From NCBI GenBank assembly GCA_020891255.1, contig BQFW01000002.1:1426001-1490000 (forward strand): a stretch of 64,000 bases of DNA, read 5' to 3'. Of this stretch, positions 36,901 through 51,864 are shown one piece after another. This DNA is from Entomortierella parvispora E1425 (Eukaryota; Fungi; Mortierellomycota). The notes under the pieces are model-generated. The model worked only from the letters and a program-made list of their open reading frames with translations, was not told where the DNA came from and ran no database searches. Position 1 is the first letter of the stretch. Each line of letters starts with the position of its first letter. The translations under genes and the position numbers were made by a program.

Positions 36901-39900
36901 AGAGAAGGTCCAACAAGCTCTCGCATCTGCCACCATTCACTCTAAACAGTTGCAGCGCCGTCTTGAGAATGCCACCAAGACGATTGACGACGAATTCGAA
37001 GCGCTAGAGTCTTCTGTTCAGAGAACAGCGCGCCAAGTCGATTGTCACGACCGACGTGCAACATGGGAGCAGCAGGCGCTATCGACCCGGGAGTCTTTTG
37101 GTCGACTGGACGCCGCTATCACAAGCTTTGTATTGGAGCAAGCCCAATGGAACCCAGACGAAAAATCCTCCTCGCGTCAGGCTACAGAGTCTGAGTTGAG
37201 CGCATCCCTACTGGCATTGGAGAACCATATGCAGGACTTGGAAAGTCAGAAGGTCCCTGCGGTTCAAAGAGTTTGGTCCGACCTTTGCTCGTCTCTGGTG
37301 TTTGTAGGCCGGGACATTCCCTTGGCTTTGCAAACCCAACAGGATGATGTGGGGGCGCAATGCACTCGTTTGAGAAGCAGAGTGACATTTGGAAACGACC
37401 TTGCCAAACAGCACAAGCTGCTTCAAACCATTACAAAGAAGATGGCAGATCTTGAGGGTCGCAAAACTGAGATCTCCGATCGAGCTGCATCGCTAAGCGA
37501 CGAACAGGATGGTAAGTTCTTATTCCGATTCATGGTTCCTCACCCTTCCTATCTGAGAAGCTGCCCAAACTGACAGGATCTTCTCTTTGACAACCCCATA
37601 GGCTCCTTGGCTGCTTTGGAAGAAAGCTCTCGATCGGTGGCCCAAGAATTGGATGTATTGCTGCAGGAGGTTGAATATCCTATTGATCACTCTTCTGAGG
37701 GATCGAAAAAGCATTCTTTCGAGTTCAACGCTGCCATCCAAAGCCATGTTTCGTCCTGCAAAGACACGATCGAGTCTGTCAGACAGACGCTCGAGAAGGT
37801 CTTGCGTGATAGAGATGTATCAAAGCGGGAGCTGAAGCTCCAAGGCATTCAGCGACAGCAAGACGCTATCATTCGGTGCAAGTTGGACAACCTCGAGCGT
37901 GTATCAGGACTTCTGAATTGGATTGAGGAGACCGCAGAGACAGCGTCGACCCTGTTGAACAACTCTGTAAAGGGCAGCAAGTTGACCATGGAAGACGAAA
38001 TGCAAGGATTGAATGATGGAGCGCACAGCCCCAACCGTGCGCTTTCGCCTTCAACCTCATCGGGTCCCTTCGAATCATCGCCCTCGCTCCTTACCCTCTC
38101 AGTGTCGACCTCCACCATGTCTGCGGCCAGCTTGACACCCAACTCGCCCACTGCTGGGTCTGCAGTCAAATTTTCGGCTAATCTTTTGCCGACATCGGAT
38201 CTCACCCGCCTTTCCCAAGAGATCTTGGGTTCGTTGACAACTCAAATTCGTGGTTTGCGACAGGATGTTGAAGAGATGATGGATCACAAAAACAATGTCC
38301 AAGATGAAATCCAAGCCTCGAGCCTTGAAGAACAAGTTGAAGGCCTGCAGGTCTCCACTGCAGACTGGTTGTCTAACCTGTCTTCCAAGGGATCCGATCC
38401 ATCTTTGGAGGCTCTCGAGAGAACCCTTCACCAGAATGAAGACAAGGTGGCTCATATTCACTCGGACATTGTCTCCAAGTTGAGCGACTTTGACCGAAAG
38501 GCCCAATTCCTTCTGACTTCACTGGATGAGCAAGCTCAGATCGTTGCCAAGGCGCTGGAAGAGCGTGTACGGATCGATCTTGAAATTGCAGCCCAAAAGG
38601 AGGCCGAAAGGTTGCGTTTGATCCGAGAGCAAGATATCAAGCAGTTTGAGTCGTCAAAAGAAAAGCTCCTTGCTTGGACGGATGCGTACAGTCGGGACCT
38701 TTGTCAACTCTGGGATACCTATGGCTTCCTTGACAAGACTGAGGAACTGGTTCGAAATGGAGACGGGGGTGAGACAGTCGAGGATCTTGTCGCCTTCTTG
38801 GATGCTGACAGCCATCGGTTGAACGATGACCTCTCCTGTCAAGAGTCCCATTACCTTGAACTCAGAAGCAAACTGGATGCCCTGTTCAATGGACCCGAAC
38901 ACAAGGACGAGTTCCAGTCACACGCAGAGTCTATTGGCCGTGCCTGGTCTTCCGTCAAGTCAGAGTCAGAGAACTACATGTCAATCCTCAAGCAGATGAA
39001 CGAATGGTCGAATCTCAGGGGATCTCTTCAAAAGTTTAACAAGGAGGTCCTCGATGTTCTGGAAAAGCGGGTGGAGGCTCTTCGTTGGATGCCTTGGGAC
39101 GCTTTCCAGTCGGAAGAGGAGGCACTCTTGGCCTTTATTGAGGACTTGGAGCGTCAGTTCGCGGAACTTCAACAACGAGCTGAAGACATTAGTTCACAGC
39201 CTCCCATCGCCGGCCTCCAAGAGAAACAGCTTGCTATCTTGGCAGCGAACAAGACCTTTTTCCAGCAAAAGATGGCAACGATTCCTGGTCGAGTAGCGTC
39301 TGCCAAGACTCAGATGACAATTATCCATGAGACCTCCAAGGAGATTGCATTGCACGCCAAGTTCCACGCGGACCTTGTCCGTATTGAGACTGCAATTGCT
39401 CAACAGATCGAGGCCGTCAAGGCCAGGCTGGGCAGCCTGGAGCGGTCCAGTTGTTTTGCTTTGGATAGCAAGGCTCTGGAGAACCTGGTCACTGCGGCAA
39501 ACGAGGTGTGCATGGACGGTAAATATCAGCTCTCGGTCCTGCAAGAGGTCGAATACTCTGCTCTGCAACAGACTGCCTTTGACCTTGATATGGGTGATGT
39601 TAGCGAGGACTCTGTAGACTCTGAAGGTCAACCTTCCTCCAACCGCTCTGGAGTGCAGGAGTCTATGGAACGTATCCGTCAAGCTTTGAGGCAGCTGGAA
39701 AACTACATTGAGGAAGACTGCTTCGAGACCCTTCTCGCTGCAAAGTTCTACACTCACTCCAAGGCCACTGAGGATATTCGCCAGTGGATTGCCGCCTGCC
39801 GTGACTCCATGGGCCAAGTGAGTGCAAAGGAGCTGGGAGGAAAAGAGCTGACGGAGCAGGAGCAAAAGGAGCAATCACACGAATGGAGGACCACGCATCT

Positions 39901-42682
39901 TGCAACTCTAGAGCGGCGACTGGGCCAGTTTGGAGAAACCATTCAGCACTACGACGCCCTCTCGGGAGAGTTCATGCTCCTTCACCACCCGCAGACGAGC
40001 ATGTTCGATCTGTCGACCGTCGCAGAAAACAGTCTTGCTGAGGATGAGAACAAGCCCATCTCTATGAGAGTGATTCTCCGCCAGACAGTTCAAGAACGCA
40101 CCAAGAGAACTCGTGAGGACTGGGAGCTGCTGAAGCAAGAGTTCATGTCCAAGACCGAAGAGGTCAACGCCGAGGCTGAAACTGGCGCAGATGGGCAGAA
40201 CGGTGAAAACGGTGGTCTCACTCGGAGTTCCTCAGTAATTAAGGCCAAGACATTGACACGGTTCGGAGCCGAGATATTGGAAGACATAGCCCGTGTGTCC
40301 AGAGAGATTCAGGAGATGTTTGATCACGGGTCGGCCAGCCATTCCACCTTGTCCCTTGCTGTAGAGTCGGACGGCGCTTTGATCAAGTCTAAGGAGGGTC
40401 AAGCGCGTTTGGGGATGATTGAAAACTATATCCGCGATGTTTTGCAGGCCAAGGTGGACAAGCTCGATTCTATGTTGTCGGCGTCCGATAACCAGCAGTC
40501 TGCTCAGGACTCAAGTCCAGTCCAGGAGCCCAGCCCAACCAACGCTCGACACCATGAAAAGATGGTAGGCGTGGCAATGCAGCGGGGATTGATTGCTGAG
40601 GCTATGAACAGACTCGTAGAGTCATGCCACCAGCAGCGTCGGGAAGTTGAGGAGACGGTGAAGGTGCAGAACGCCATGGATTTGATTCATGAGACGAGTC
40701 TGCTCTGTGACTCGATGATGAAGACGATCCAGTCTGCTGATGGATTGCTTCATCCCAAAGAGAGTGGATCTTTGTACAGTCTCTCTGCTGCCTCTTCCTC
40801 CTCTTCGTTGGCGTCCATCATGTCCCCTTCGCGATCGCCTTTTGCCAGCCCAACCATGTCCCCTTCGTCGACTACCTCCAGAGCGACTGCATCACGTCAG
40901 CGTCGAACCTCAAGAATCTCTATGAACCGATCCTTTTCAATCTCTTCCATGAATGACGAGGAGTTTGGAGAGTGGGAGTCCAACTACCATTCTCTCATTC
41001 AAAAGCTGGAAGGATACACCCATGATATCGAGCATGGACTCGACAGTGCCCAGACGATGGCTGATCGATTGAATGACTGGAGATTGGACGAGAACATTGG
41101 TATTGCAACTGAGCACTGGCAAAAAGTCAAGGCAGCTGCTCTGGCCAAGAAGGAGGAGCTGGATCGAGTTTTGGCGCGACGATCTGGAGACAGCACACCC
41201 CACACCGCAAACGGCGTCCATCCTCTGGAGTCCAATCCTGTGTCGATCCGTCCAAGTCTGTTGCAACCCACAGCATCGTCCAACAATCGTGTCAAGGCCA
41301 TTTTAGGATCGCCTGTGGATGCCGCTGCACCTCTGCCTCGCAAGAAGCGCTTCTCGACTGGAAACATTATGGCTCGGGGCACCTTTGTGCCACCATCGCC
41401 TACTCCTTCTACTGGAAGTCGATCGAACGTTAATCTTGCAGGTAGTCGAGTACGAGCAGGAACTGCCCCCAGCTCAGCCACTGTGAGCACAAGCGCCAGT
41501 GGACCCCAAGAAATGGCGAGGAGGTTTGGAACGGTGGGATCACCCAGTCGCCAGGCCAAGTCACCCACATTCTCGAATGAGACCAAGAGGCGGCTCCCTA
41601 TCATTCGCAAGAACGATTCAACCTCTTCGATCTCTTCGCTGGTGCTTGGTCAGGAGCCCGGTAGTCCTTCTGTTAAGCCTCAAAAGACTGTTTACAAGGC
41701 AGACCCGAGCAACGCCCTGGATGTGGAAGTGGCATGCGTTGTCAATGCAAGCGGATACTCCATGAAGGTCCAAAGACTGAAGGATGGCCCTGGCTCTCAT
41801 GTTGTAACTGGTCTGGGCACGTCAAGCCGACACAGATCTGAATCTACGCCGAACCTGGCCCTCAGTGGCCAGTCTGACAATGGGGGCCATGACGGTGTGG
41901 ACAGTGCTAGCAGCAGCCCCCGCGTGGTCAAGACCATTCGAGGACAGAGCCGGCCTGGAACTCACTCCAAAACCAACTCGACCTCAACCTCGGATTCCAG
42001 CAGCTCCACTGGTGAAGTTGGACGGTACGTCTTTGGCGATGTGGAGCCGAAGGTGTGCTATTGCCGTATCCTTCGAAGTCGCAAGGTCATGGTTCGAGTA
42101 GGAGGTGGATGGTGTGAACTTTCAAAGTAAGCCTCGATTGATTGAATTATTCATTTATTTTCTCGACTCTTTTTTTTTTTTCTTCTCGCCAAAAGGAAAG
42201 TGTGTTGCTAATGTCATGGTTCATATTTGCTTTTAATTAGGTTTATGGAGGACCACGCTTCGCTCGAACAACGGAAGGCCAAGGCTCGACTTTTGTCGGC
42301 ATCGACTTCGTCAATCTCGGTTGCGTCTCACTATGGAGGATCGACCTCGTTCCTGAGTGCGACGGATTCGAGATTGAATCTCGGTGGCAGTCGCAACCAG
42401 ACCAACAACAACAGCTCGGACAGCCTCTCTGATGGCCAGATGAGTGGCAGTGTACACGGTGAGGGCATCAGTATCATGAGATCCAGGAGTAACACGAATG
42501 TGTCAACTGCCGCAGTAGCGGCTGGAAGTGGTAGAGAGGACGCGAGGACTCCTCGGATCCGCAAGAAGGAGGAGCCGGTTTTCTATATCCGACCAAGCGA
42601 TAGTCTGTCGCTCAAGGCAATGACGCTTGCAAAGAACGGTGCGGGTGAGGGACTAGTAGCCCTTCAACTCGATTCGCGATAG
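30923..42682 (+). CDS. Giant (about 3,540-3,560 aa) spectraplakin-like protein: tandem CH actin-binding domain, E/R-rich helix, long helical rod, GAS2/GAR domain, Ser-rich tail
   Basis: Exons 30923-31624, (31744-31794 optional), 32369-35804, 35913-35972, 36054-37511, 37602-42126, 42241-42682; all splice phases are consistent (10,623 or 10,674 nt). CH1 QKTAFMRWVN...DLRDGKRLIALLE...GNLKLTLGLVWIII; CH2 AKQALLRWV...DFHRSWRTGLAFAALIH...PRLLDPEDL...PDERSIMIFISEYY; GAR GRYVFGD...CRILRSRKVMVRVGGGWCELSKFMEDH. Confidence 0.9.
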
Positions 42683-43063
42683 ATCTAGAAATATACCCTC
42701 GGGTTTGAAACCAGTTGTCCAAAAAAGAAAGAAAAAAGGCAACAAGCGCAATTGACGTTGCACAAATAAAATTATAAAATTATCCCGAATAATAATTTAT
42801 ATTCGTTTCTTTATTCGAGGCTGGCCAGGCACGCGTCCGCCCTTCACTTCTCCACTGCCCTTTTTTTTTGCTTCTTCTCTCCCTTCTCTTCTCCTCTCTC
42901 TGCTCCTTCAGACATACGATACCCTCCGCCTCCATTCCACCCCTCCATCTCTAAACCCTCTCCAGGCACCTCTTTAGCTAGCCTGCATTCCACTCTCTTC
43001 GTCCTCGCCCCCTTTCCTCTTTTACTCTCTCCCCCCCTCCGCACACATTCACATCTCTTCGCC

Positions 43064-45210
<2,147 letters not shown>

Positions 45211-46396
45211 AGAGGAAACACGCGACCAACGCTAGTGCTCAACATGAAATACGAAAAAACACCTCCACCCACATCAAAGACACGGACTCTTCCAGGACCA
45301 ACAACCATTCCAAACACGACCCACCATTATTGTAGATCTCTCTTTTTTCGTATCCTTATGTGAGTCCTTTTTCATCAGTTCAACATCACCACCTCGTCTT
45401 GTCCTCTCTACTCGTCCTCTACTCGTCCTCCCTCTACTTATCTATTTCTTTCAATAATATCCGAAATTCGTTGTTTCTCATCCTCAACTGCCAAAGAAAG
45501 AAAGAACATGACATACTGCATATCGTCGTCATGATCCTGTCACTGGTGACAGTCGAGATAAACAAACAACCAACAGCCAACAGCAAGAACAACAGCGACA
45601 GGCAGGGGAGTCAGAAAGACAAAGGACGGAAAAACAGGATGGCTGACAAACAGAAACAGCCAGACCCTGTGCCAAGAGCATTGCTCTTGACTCTTGATCC
45701 ATCCACGTGACATAACCTTTGGAACTTTGATAGATGACCCCCCACCGGTCTTGCTGCATGGAGTTCGCATGCGTGGGTCCATCCACCGCTTACTTGACCC
45801 AGACGGGCATTCCCCCCTTGTCTCTTTCCCTTGTTTCCTTTTCTATCTTTTCTTCCTCCTGCCGCTCTTTTTCCTCCTCCCACCGACTCCTCTTCCTTAT
45901 TGAAATCACGCACCCCTTCCCTGCCCCCCTTTTTATTCTCCTCCCTTCTCTCTTCTTCGTGTCTTTCGTGTCTCTTCATCCCTCTTCCTCTCGCTCGTGT
46001 CTCTCTCTCCTGGGTTCTACACCCCCCACCTCGCTTCTGCTGCACTTCCCTTATCCCCCCTCGTTACCGCCTGCCTGCTCTCGCTACCCTTGGATTATTT
46101 GGACCGAAGAAACAAAATCAACATCCACATCACATCGCTGTCGACAACAATAGCAAAACAGAAAGAGAGAAAAACGTGGCTCTCTCGCCCTTTTTTTATC
46201 TCTCTCTTTCTCTCTTTCTTGCGCGTTCTTGTTCATCGCTCTCTCTTTTTCTCTTTCCATCTGTCCGACTTCTCCTCATCATTCCATTCGCTCTCATCTT
46301 CTTTCCTTCCTTCCTTCCTTCTCTTTTTTTCTCTCTTTCCTGTTTCCTCTTCCCTCCTACCCCCTCTCTTCTCACGCACGTATAAATACCGCCACC

Positions 46397-49300
46397 ATGG
46401 CTGCCTTGCGGGCCATGCTGCAGCTCCGGTCCAACTCGCAACCAAGTGCGCTGTTGCCCTCACAGCAACCTACCTATCACAGCCACAATCATCATTCCCA
46501 TCACAGTCGTCGTCAAAAGTACCAGCCCGAAGCCCCCTCTTCCACCTCCTCTTCTATTCACAAGAACAACAGTAACAGCAATACCAGCTCCACAATGACT
46601 GTTACCTACAAAAACTCCCACAATACCAACAGCAGCAACAACAGCAGTGTCTCCTCTGTCCACAGTGTCTCCACTGGCTCTCTCCATCATGGACACTCGG
46701 CCTTTGGTGCCGCTGCGGCTGCTGTCGTGGCTGCCACCCAGCACCATCATCACTCACCCACTCAAAAGTCACCTTCCTCGAGTAAGAAGCAGGCGCCGTT
46801 CCAGAACCTTGGACTTCACTCTGGTGCAGCTCTTGGTAACCTTGGTATGTATCCATGATTCGACTCTCCAGAGTCCATTGCAATCAGACCCAGAACAGAT
46901 GAGGATGGGGGGACACGCGCTTTGTTTTACTATTGGTGCCGGCAAGCAGACTGGGAGGAACGGGACGAAAGGCGGCGTAACAAAACGTAGTGCTGCAAGG
47001 AAAAACTCAAACACCAACGGCTGCCTTGCACGACAGCCTGTGAGCAGGCAAGCCCGCACACACACCACCACACACACACATGCACATAACACCCTCGCGC
47101 GCACTTGTACCCAGGTCGACAGTATGAGCCTTAGCAATACGAATGAGCTAGCGGGCACTGGGACACAGACTGGACGCAAGGTCCCCTCCTCCTGAACATC
47201 CCCGGCTCTCGGCCCTTTTTTTTTTTTTGCCTTTGCAATTGTTGTTGACGTTCGTCTTGCAATACGAGAGCTGGCTCTTGTTGTTGTTGTTGACAATATC
47301 GCGGGTGCAGTGTGGGTGGACGAACGGCAGGTCCTATGCGTGTTTGTCCCGAGACGAGCCCTTTTTTTCATGTGCCCTCAAACAAAGGAAAAAAAATTCT
47401 AGCGCCCAGAGCTGTCCCACGGGAAAGAATGAGATACACCTTCCGATCCCCTTTCGATCCCCTACTGACTGAAAAGTCGAATATGGCTGCTGCACCCCCT
47501 GCGAGGGTCGGTCATACTCTCGACTGTGCATTCTCGCAACCCTTCACCTCTTTTTCGCTGTCAGCAGCAGGATCATAAGACCCCGAGACTAACGAATGGT
47601 CCATTTTCACTTTGTTTACGTCTGGTGTTAGGTTTGGTCAAGTTTGCGCTTGATAACGGCCAGCCGATCGATTCTGTTGTGAACGGTGTCTCGGCCATCC
47701 ATGCAGCCTGCTGCAGCAATGCCAACGTCGCCGTGGTTCTGTTCTTGATCGAACGAGGTGCAGATGTCAACGCTCGGAGACTGCCTCGCAAACACAGCAA
47801 TGAAAAGGGCGTGTAAGTAATAGTCTAGTGAGCCGGCTTTCCTGCTGGCTCCTTCTCAACCTGGCCATACGCCATGCAGTAGAATAGATCAATTTGATCC
47901 AACAGTCCAAAACTTATACCAAACGCAAGACAGCTAACCTTTTTTTTTCTCCGTTTGTTTCGATGCTCCCGCTGCCGACATTGATATTGATACCAACGCC
48001 GATAACGATCTTATTAGTCAAACTGTGGGTACTACCGGATCGACTCCTTTGCATTTTGCAGCAGCCAACGGATGTCTAACTGTCGTCGATATTTTGCTGC
48101 GACACGGAGCTATCGTTGATATGACAGACAAGGTAAGATGCAGAGTCGCATGCACACCTCCTCCGTCAAATAAAGCGTGGACAGACGAAACGAATCGAAA
48201 CGAAAAGGGTCAAAACTTCTAACAGTCTGTTACATGCAACCCTTTGTTTAATTTGTTACTCTAGTATGGCTCCTCGCCTCTGTCAGTTGCCGCTGCTCGG
48301 AACCATCCAGAGGTGGCCAGTCTGCTTCGTCAGTATTCCGCAATGCAACGTGGCGTTCAGGATCTGACACCGGAACTGGAGACCAAGGATCCAATCGCGG
48401 AGCGTCGCGTGAGTGCAGATCGATCCTCGCGCTCGAGCCACGAAAGAGACAGCAGATCACAATCGCCCCTTCAGTCCGCAACTCGACCCCTTCCACCGTC
48501 CACAACTACTCGTGTGCCTGGTCAGCGGCGTATCAGTCTCCCCTCTATTGTCGAGGGCCCCAGCTCGCCCAATATGTCGGCGCCCCCTCGCCAATCTTGC
48601 GACTTTGGCCGCCTGCCCCACTCCACAGAACCGTTGGCAAAGAGCGCGACTTTTATTCGATCAACACCGTCTGTGCCCACCCGAAACTACTCCAAATCTA
48701 CGGCCACGTCACCCTTCAAGCCAGAAGATCGATCCTCGGGATCGAAATCGCCCCTGCCGACATCGGCAACACGCACAAAGAAGGGCTCTCCTGGACGCAC
48801 CAGCATGCAGCGTTCCCACACGTCTCACGGCACTTATCTTACTGCGCCTGAACCTCATTCATCCGTGAAGAGGCGCCGATCCATGGACTTCCTTTCACCA
48901 CAGCCAGCCTCAGCATCGACTGTCAACCGACGAAAGTCCTTTGATCAGCTCTCGGCTATGACCAACAAAGATCCAAAAACACGCCGGTCTTCTGATGCCT
49001 CGACGGATTCTCAAGGAACGGCCTCTTCAGGAACAGCGGGATCTTTGAGGACAGTAGACACTGCAGCCTCTGACCCTCCTTCCGAGAACTCGTTTGAGGA
49101 ACATGATGGCGCAAAGTATGCTCAAGTTCACTCCATGTCCAGGCCCATTGACTCTGGAACTGCCTCTATCAACCCCTCACCCTTGACCCGCTCAGTCTCC
49201 CAGCCTGTTTTGGAAAACTTGCGACCCTATCGACCCGTGACCTTTGCCACCGAGCCTGCAGTTCGACAGTCCTTGGATATTCAGATGCTGATGTCGAACC

Positions 49301-49782
49301 AACAGCGTCAGGAACGTCAGTCGATGGACATTCCTCGAAACGATTCGGATCCTGATCTCTCTCAACAGCTCTATCGTCGTCGGACTATGCAAGAAAATGG
49401 TCAGCCAAAGATGGTGACGATCCCTCGCAATCTGAGCATAGGTCCAACCATTGAGGTCCTTGCTGCCTCAGGATCAGAAGAGTCTGTGCCGAGGCACCGC
49501 ACGTCGACCAGTAGCTCAGTCTCGTTGCAAGAGGCAGCGCCTCGTCATAGCACCGGATCGTATTCTTCCACTCAGTCAAACTTGTCCTTCTCTGGCAGTG
49601 CCACCGTCTCTGGACGACTCTCACGAATGTGGTCATCCAGTGGCAAGGAGAACGGGCCCAGCGCTGGGAACTGGAACGTGGGCGAGTTTGCAGAGGCCAG
49701 TGGCGAGGCCGCCGCCCAAGGATTGGTGCGCTCAAAGAGCAGCATGCTGAATCGTCTGTCTGGAATCTGGTCCCGTCGATAA
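46397..49782 (+). CDS. Ankyrin-repeat protein with a long Ser/Arg-rich disordered C-terminus
   Basis: GCCACCATGG start; GVSAIHAACC...LFLIERGADVN, GSTPLHFAAANGCLTVVDILLRHGA, GSSPLSVAAARNHPEVASLL. Confidence 0.85.
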
Positions 49783-50020
49783 ACCAGAAGATGAAAGCGT
49801 AAAACACTGACACATTTTTGTATATATCCTCCCCCTCGGCTGCATCCGATACCAGAGGAACATTCTATTCCTTGGCATGCAGCCCACCCCATTTTTTTCT
49901 CTCCATTCTCCCTTGTAAATAAAAAGTGCTTGCCTGCTTTTGAGTATGGCAATGTTGTCGCGATTTCAATCTTTTTTGTCTAATTTTGGTTGTTTAATTA
50001 TGGATACATGATCGTCTGCC

Positions 50021-51654
50021 TTAGACTCCTTGAGATGCAAAAGTGTTTTGAAGAGTAGCCATGGTGATCAAGAGGGCCTCCTCTGTTCTGACAACCCTGC
50101 TTCCTTGAGCTGGGCAGGTGTTGAGCCAATAGTCAAACATATCCTTTGCATCCTCGGCGTTACATTTCAAATCTTCGTCGGCCTCGACAGCTGTCTCGAT
50201 TCCACTGGCGCCTCCAAAGACGATCAGGGCGTGTGCGAAGTGGGGGATAGAGGATGTCACCTCGGTCGAAATGGGTGTTCCCTTGTCTGAAGTTCCAATA
50301 GTCAAATCGTATCCATTCTAAAAAAAATCGCAAGAGAACATATTAATGAACAGGTCATGTCGCCACTGTTACTAACCAGTATCAGTATCATATAGAAGGA
50401 CTTACGGGGAATGGTGACTCGGTAAAGACCTTGGAAACAGAATCCACCAAGCGAACTTGATAACCCCAGTAATAACCAGTTTCCTCTCTTGGGGTCTTTG
50501 GTGAGACAACGGTACCCATAAAGAACTTTTGGTTGGCCATTTTTTCCTCCGCGCTGGCTTCCATGGCTGCCAAGGCCGCTTGGGCCTTGGCGTTCTTGTC
50601 CTGCTTCTTATTCTTGTCCTTTTCTGCACCAGCGATCCTGACCGTCACACGGGATCCTGTGGGGACAACACGGTCAATCAAGACCTCCTTACGCATACCA
50701 CAGTTGACGATGGACGACTTCTCGTCCCTGGCTCGAACAACGACACCTTCTCTGAAGAGGGAGCGTTCATCCAAATGCACATGATGAGGTGGGTCCAGAG
50801 GGTTCAACAATCCTGCGAATTTGAGATCACGATGCATAGGGAAAAGAAGCTTGCGGAGGTAACTAAGAAAGAAAGAAAGAGCCTCAGTCAACAAAGTGGT
50901 TTCCAGCTGAAGGGAGGATATGGCGATAGAAACATAAACGAGACTCACAGTGGTGTTTCCAGATATTGAAGAACGCGTCCCATGAACAAGTTGGGATCTG
51001 ATTTTGGCAGGTAATCGTCCTTTCCGAGATTCTCCTTGGACAATCCCTTGGCAGATTCATTGTAGATCACGATCTCGTCCACATTGAACATAACACAAGC
51101 TCTTGCGATCTAATACATAGATTGAAAGAAAAAAAAGATAAGAAATCAACAGCCTTGAAAAAAAAAACCCCTCCTTCCAAAATGACAAGAAACTACACGA
51201 AAACGATCATTTACCTGTCCAACGAGATATGTCTTCAACTCTACGGTCAAGGATCCATCGAGAATACTTCCAGGCAACGCAATGGAGACGGTCCATTTGC
51301 GACCCTTCTCGGGCACTGGGAACTGGTACGCCAAATGAGCCAAATGTTGCTGTTGCTGTAATGAAAGCGCCTTGGGCTTTGGTTCACCGTCTCTGTCCTC
51401 CCGCTGATGGCTCGTGTTGTGAGGGCGGTCCCGGTTGTTGTTGTTTTGGTGATGGTGCTTATGACCGGCCTTCTCTTCCTCATACTCTGGCCCTGATGGA
51501 CCCTTGTTATCATAAGTTTTCCGACGCTGGGAGACGTCAATAAAGCGGAAGGTTAATATGGTCTTCCAGAAAAAAGTCTCTGTGATTCAATAGCGTTCTT
51601 CCTGTTCTTCCTGTGTATGTGTACCTTGTTGCGCTGTTCGTCCATGGATGCCAT
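50021..51654 (-). CDS. SPOUT1: SPOUT-family RNA methyltransferase (SPOUT1/C9orf114/CENP-32-like), multi-exon
   Basis: TVSIALPGSIL, IARACVMFNVDEIVIY, LQYLETP/QYLRKLLFP.H.DLKFAGLLNPLDPPHH, FREGVV, GYYWGYQVR, LIVFGG, NTCPAQGSRVVRTEEALLITM. Confidence 0.95.
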
Positions 51655-51864
51655 TGTGCTTGAGAAGGTGGAGGGGGGGTATGGGTCTGTGGAATGAGAT
51701 CTTTTTCTGTGCTGTTTTTGTTTTGTGACTGCTGTATCTCATGTTGCAGAGCGATCGCATGCAGCAAGAAGCGACCTTCATTGTTTGTACAACCCTCGTT
51801 CTTTTCATTACCCTCTGCATCGCACTCTCGATATTCAGGAAACTCATAAAACACCATAGCAAAC
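51655..51864. promoter_or_regulatory. 210-bp bidirectional promoter region, SPOUT1 / MPP6
   Basis: Divergent ATGs at 51654 and 51865; inverted ATGAGAT/ATCTCAT pair and a GCGATCGC palindrome inside. Confidence 0.5.
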
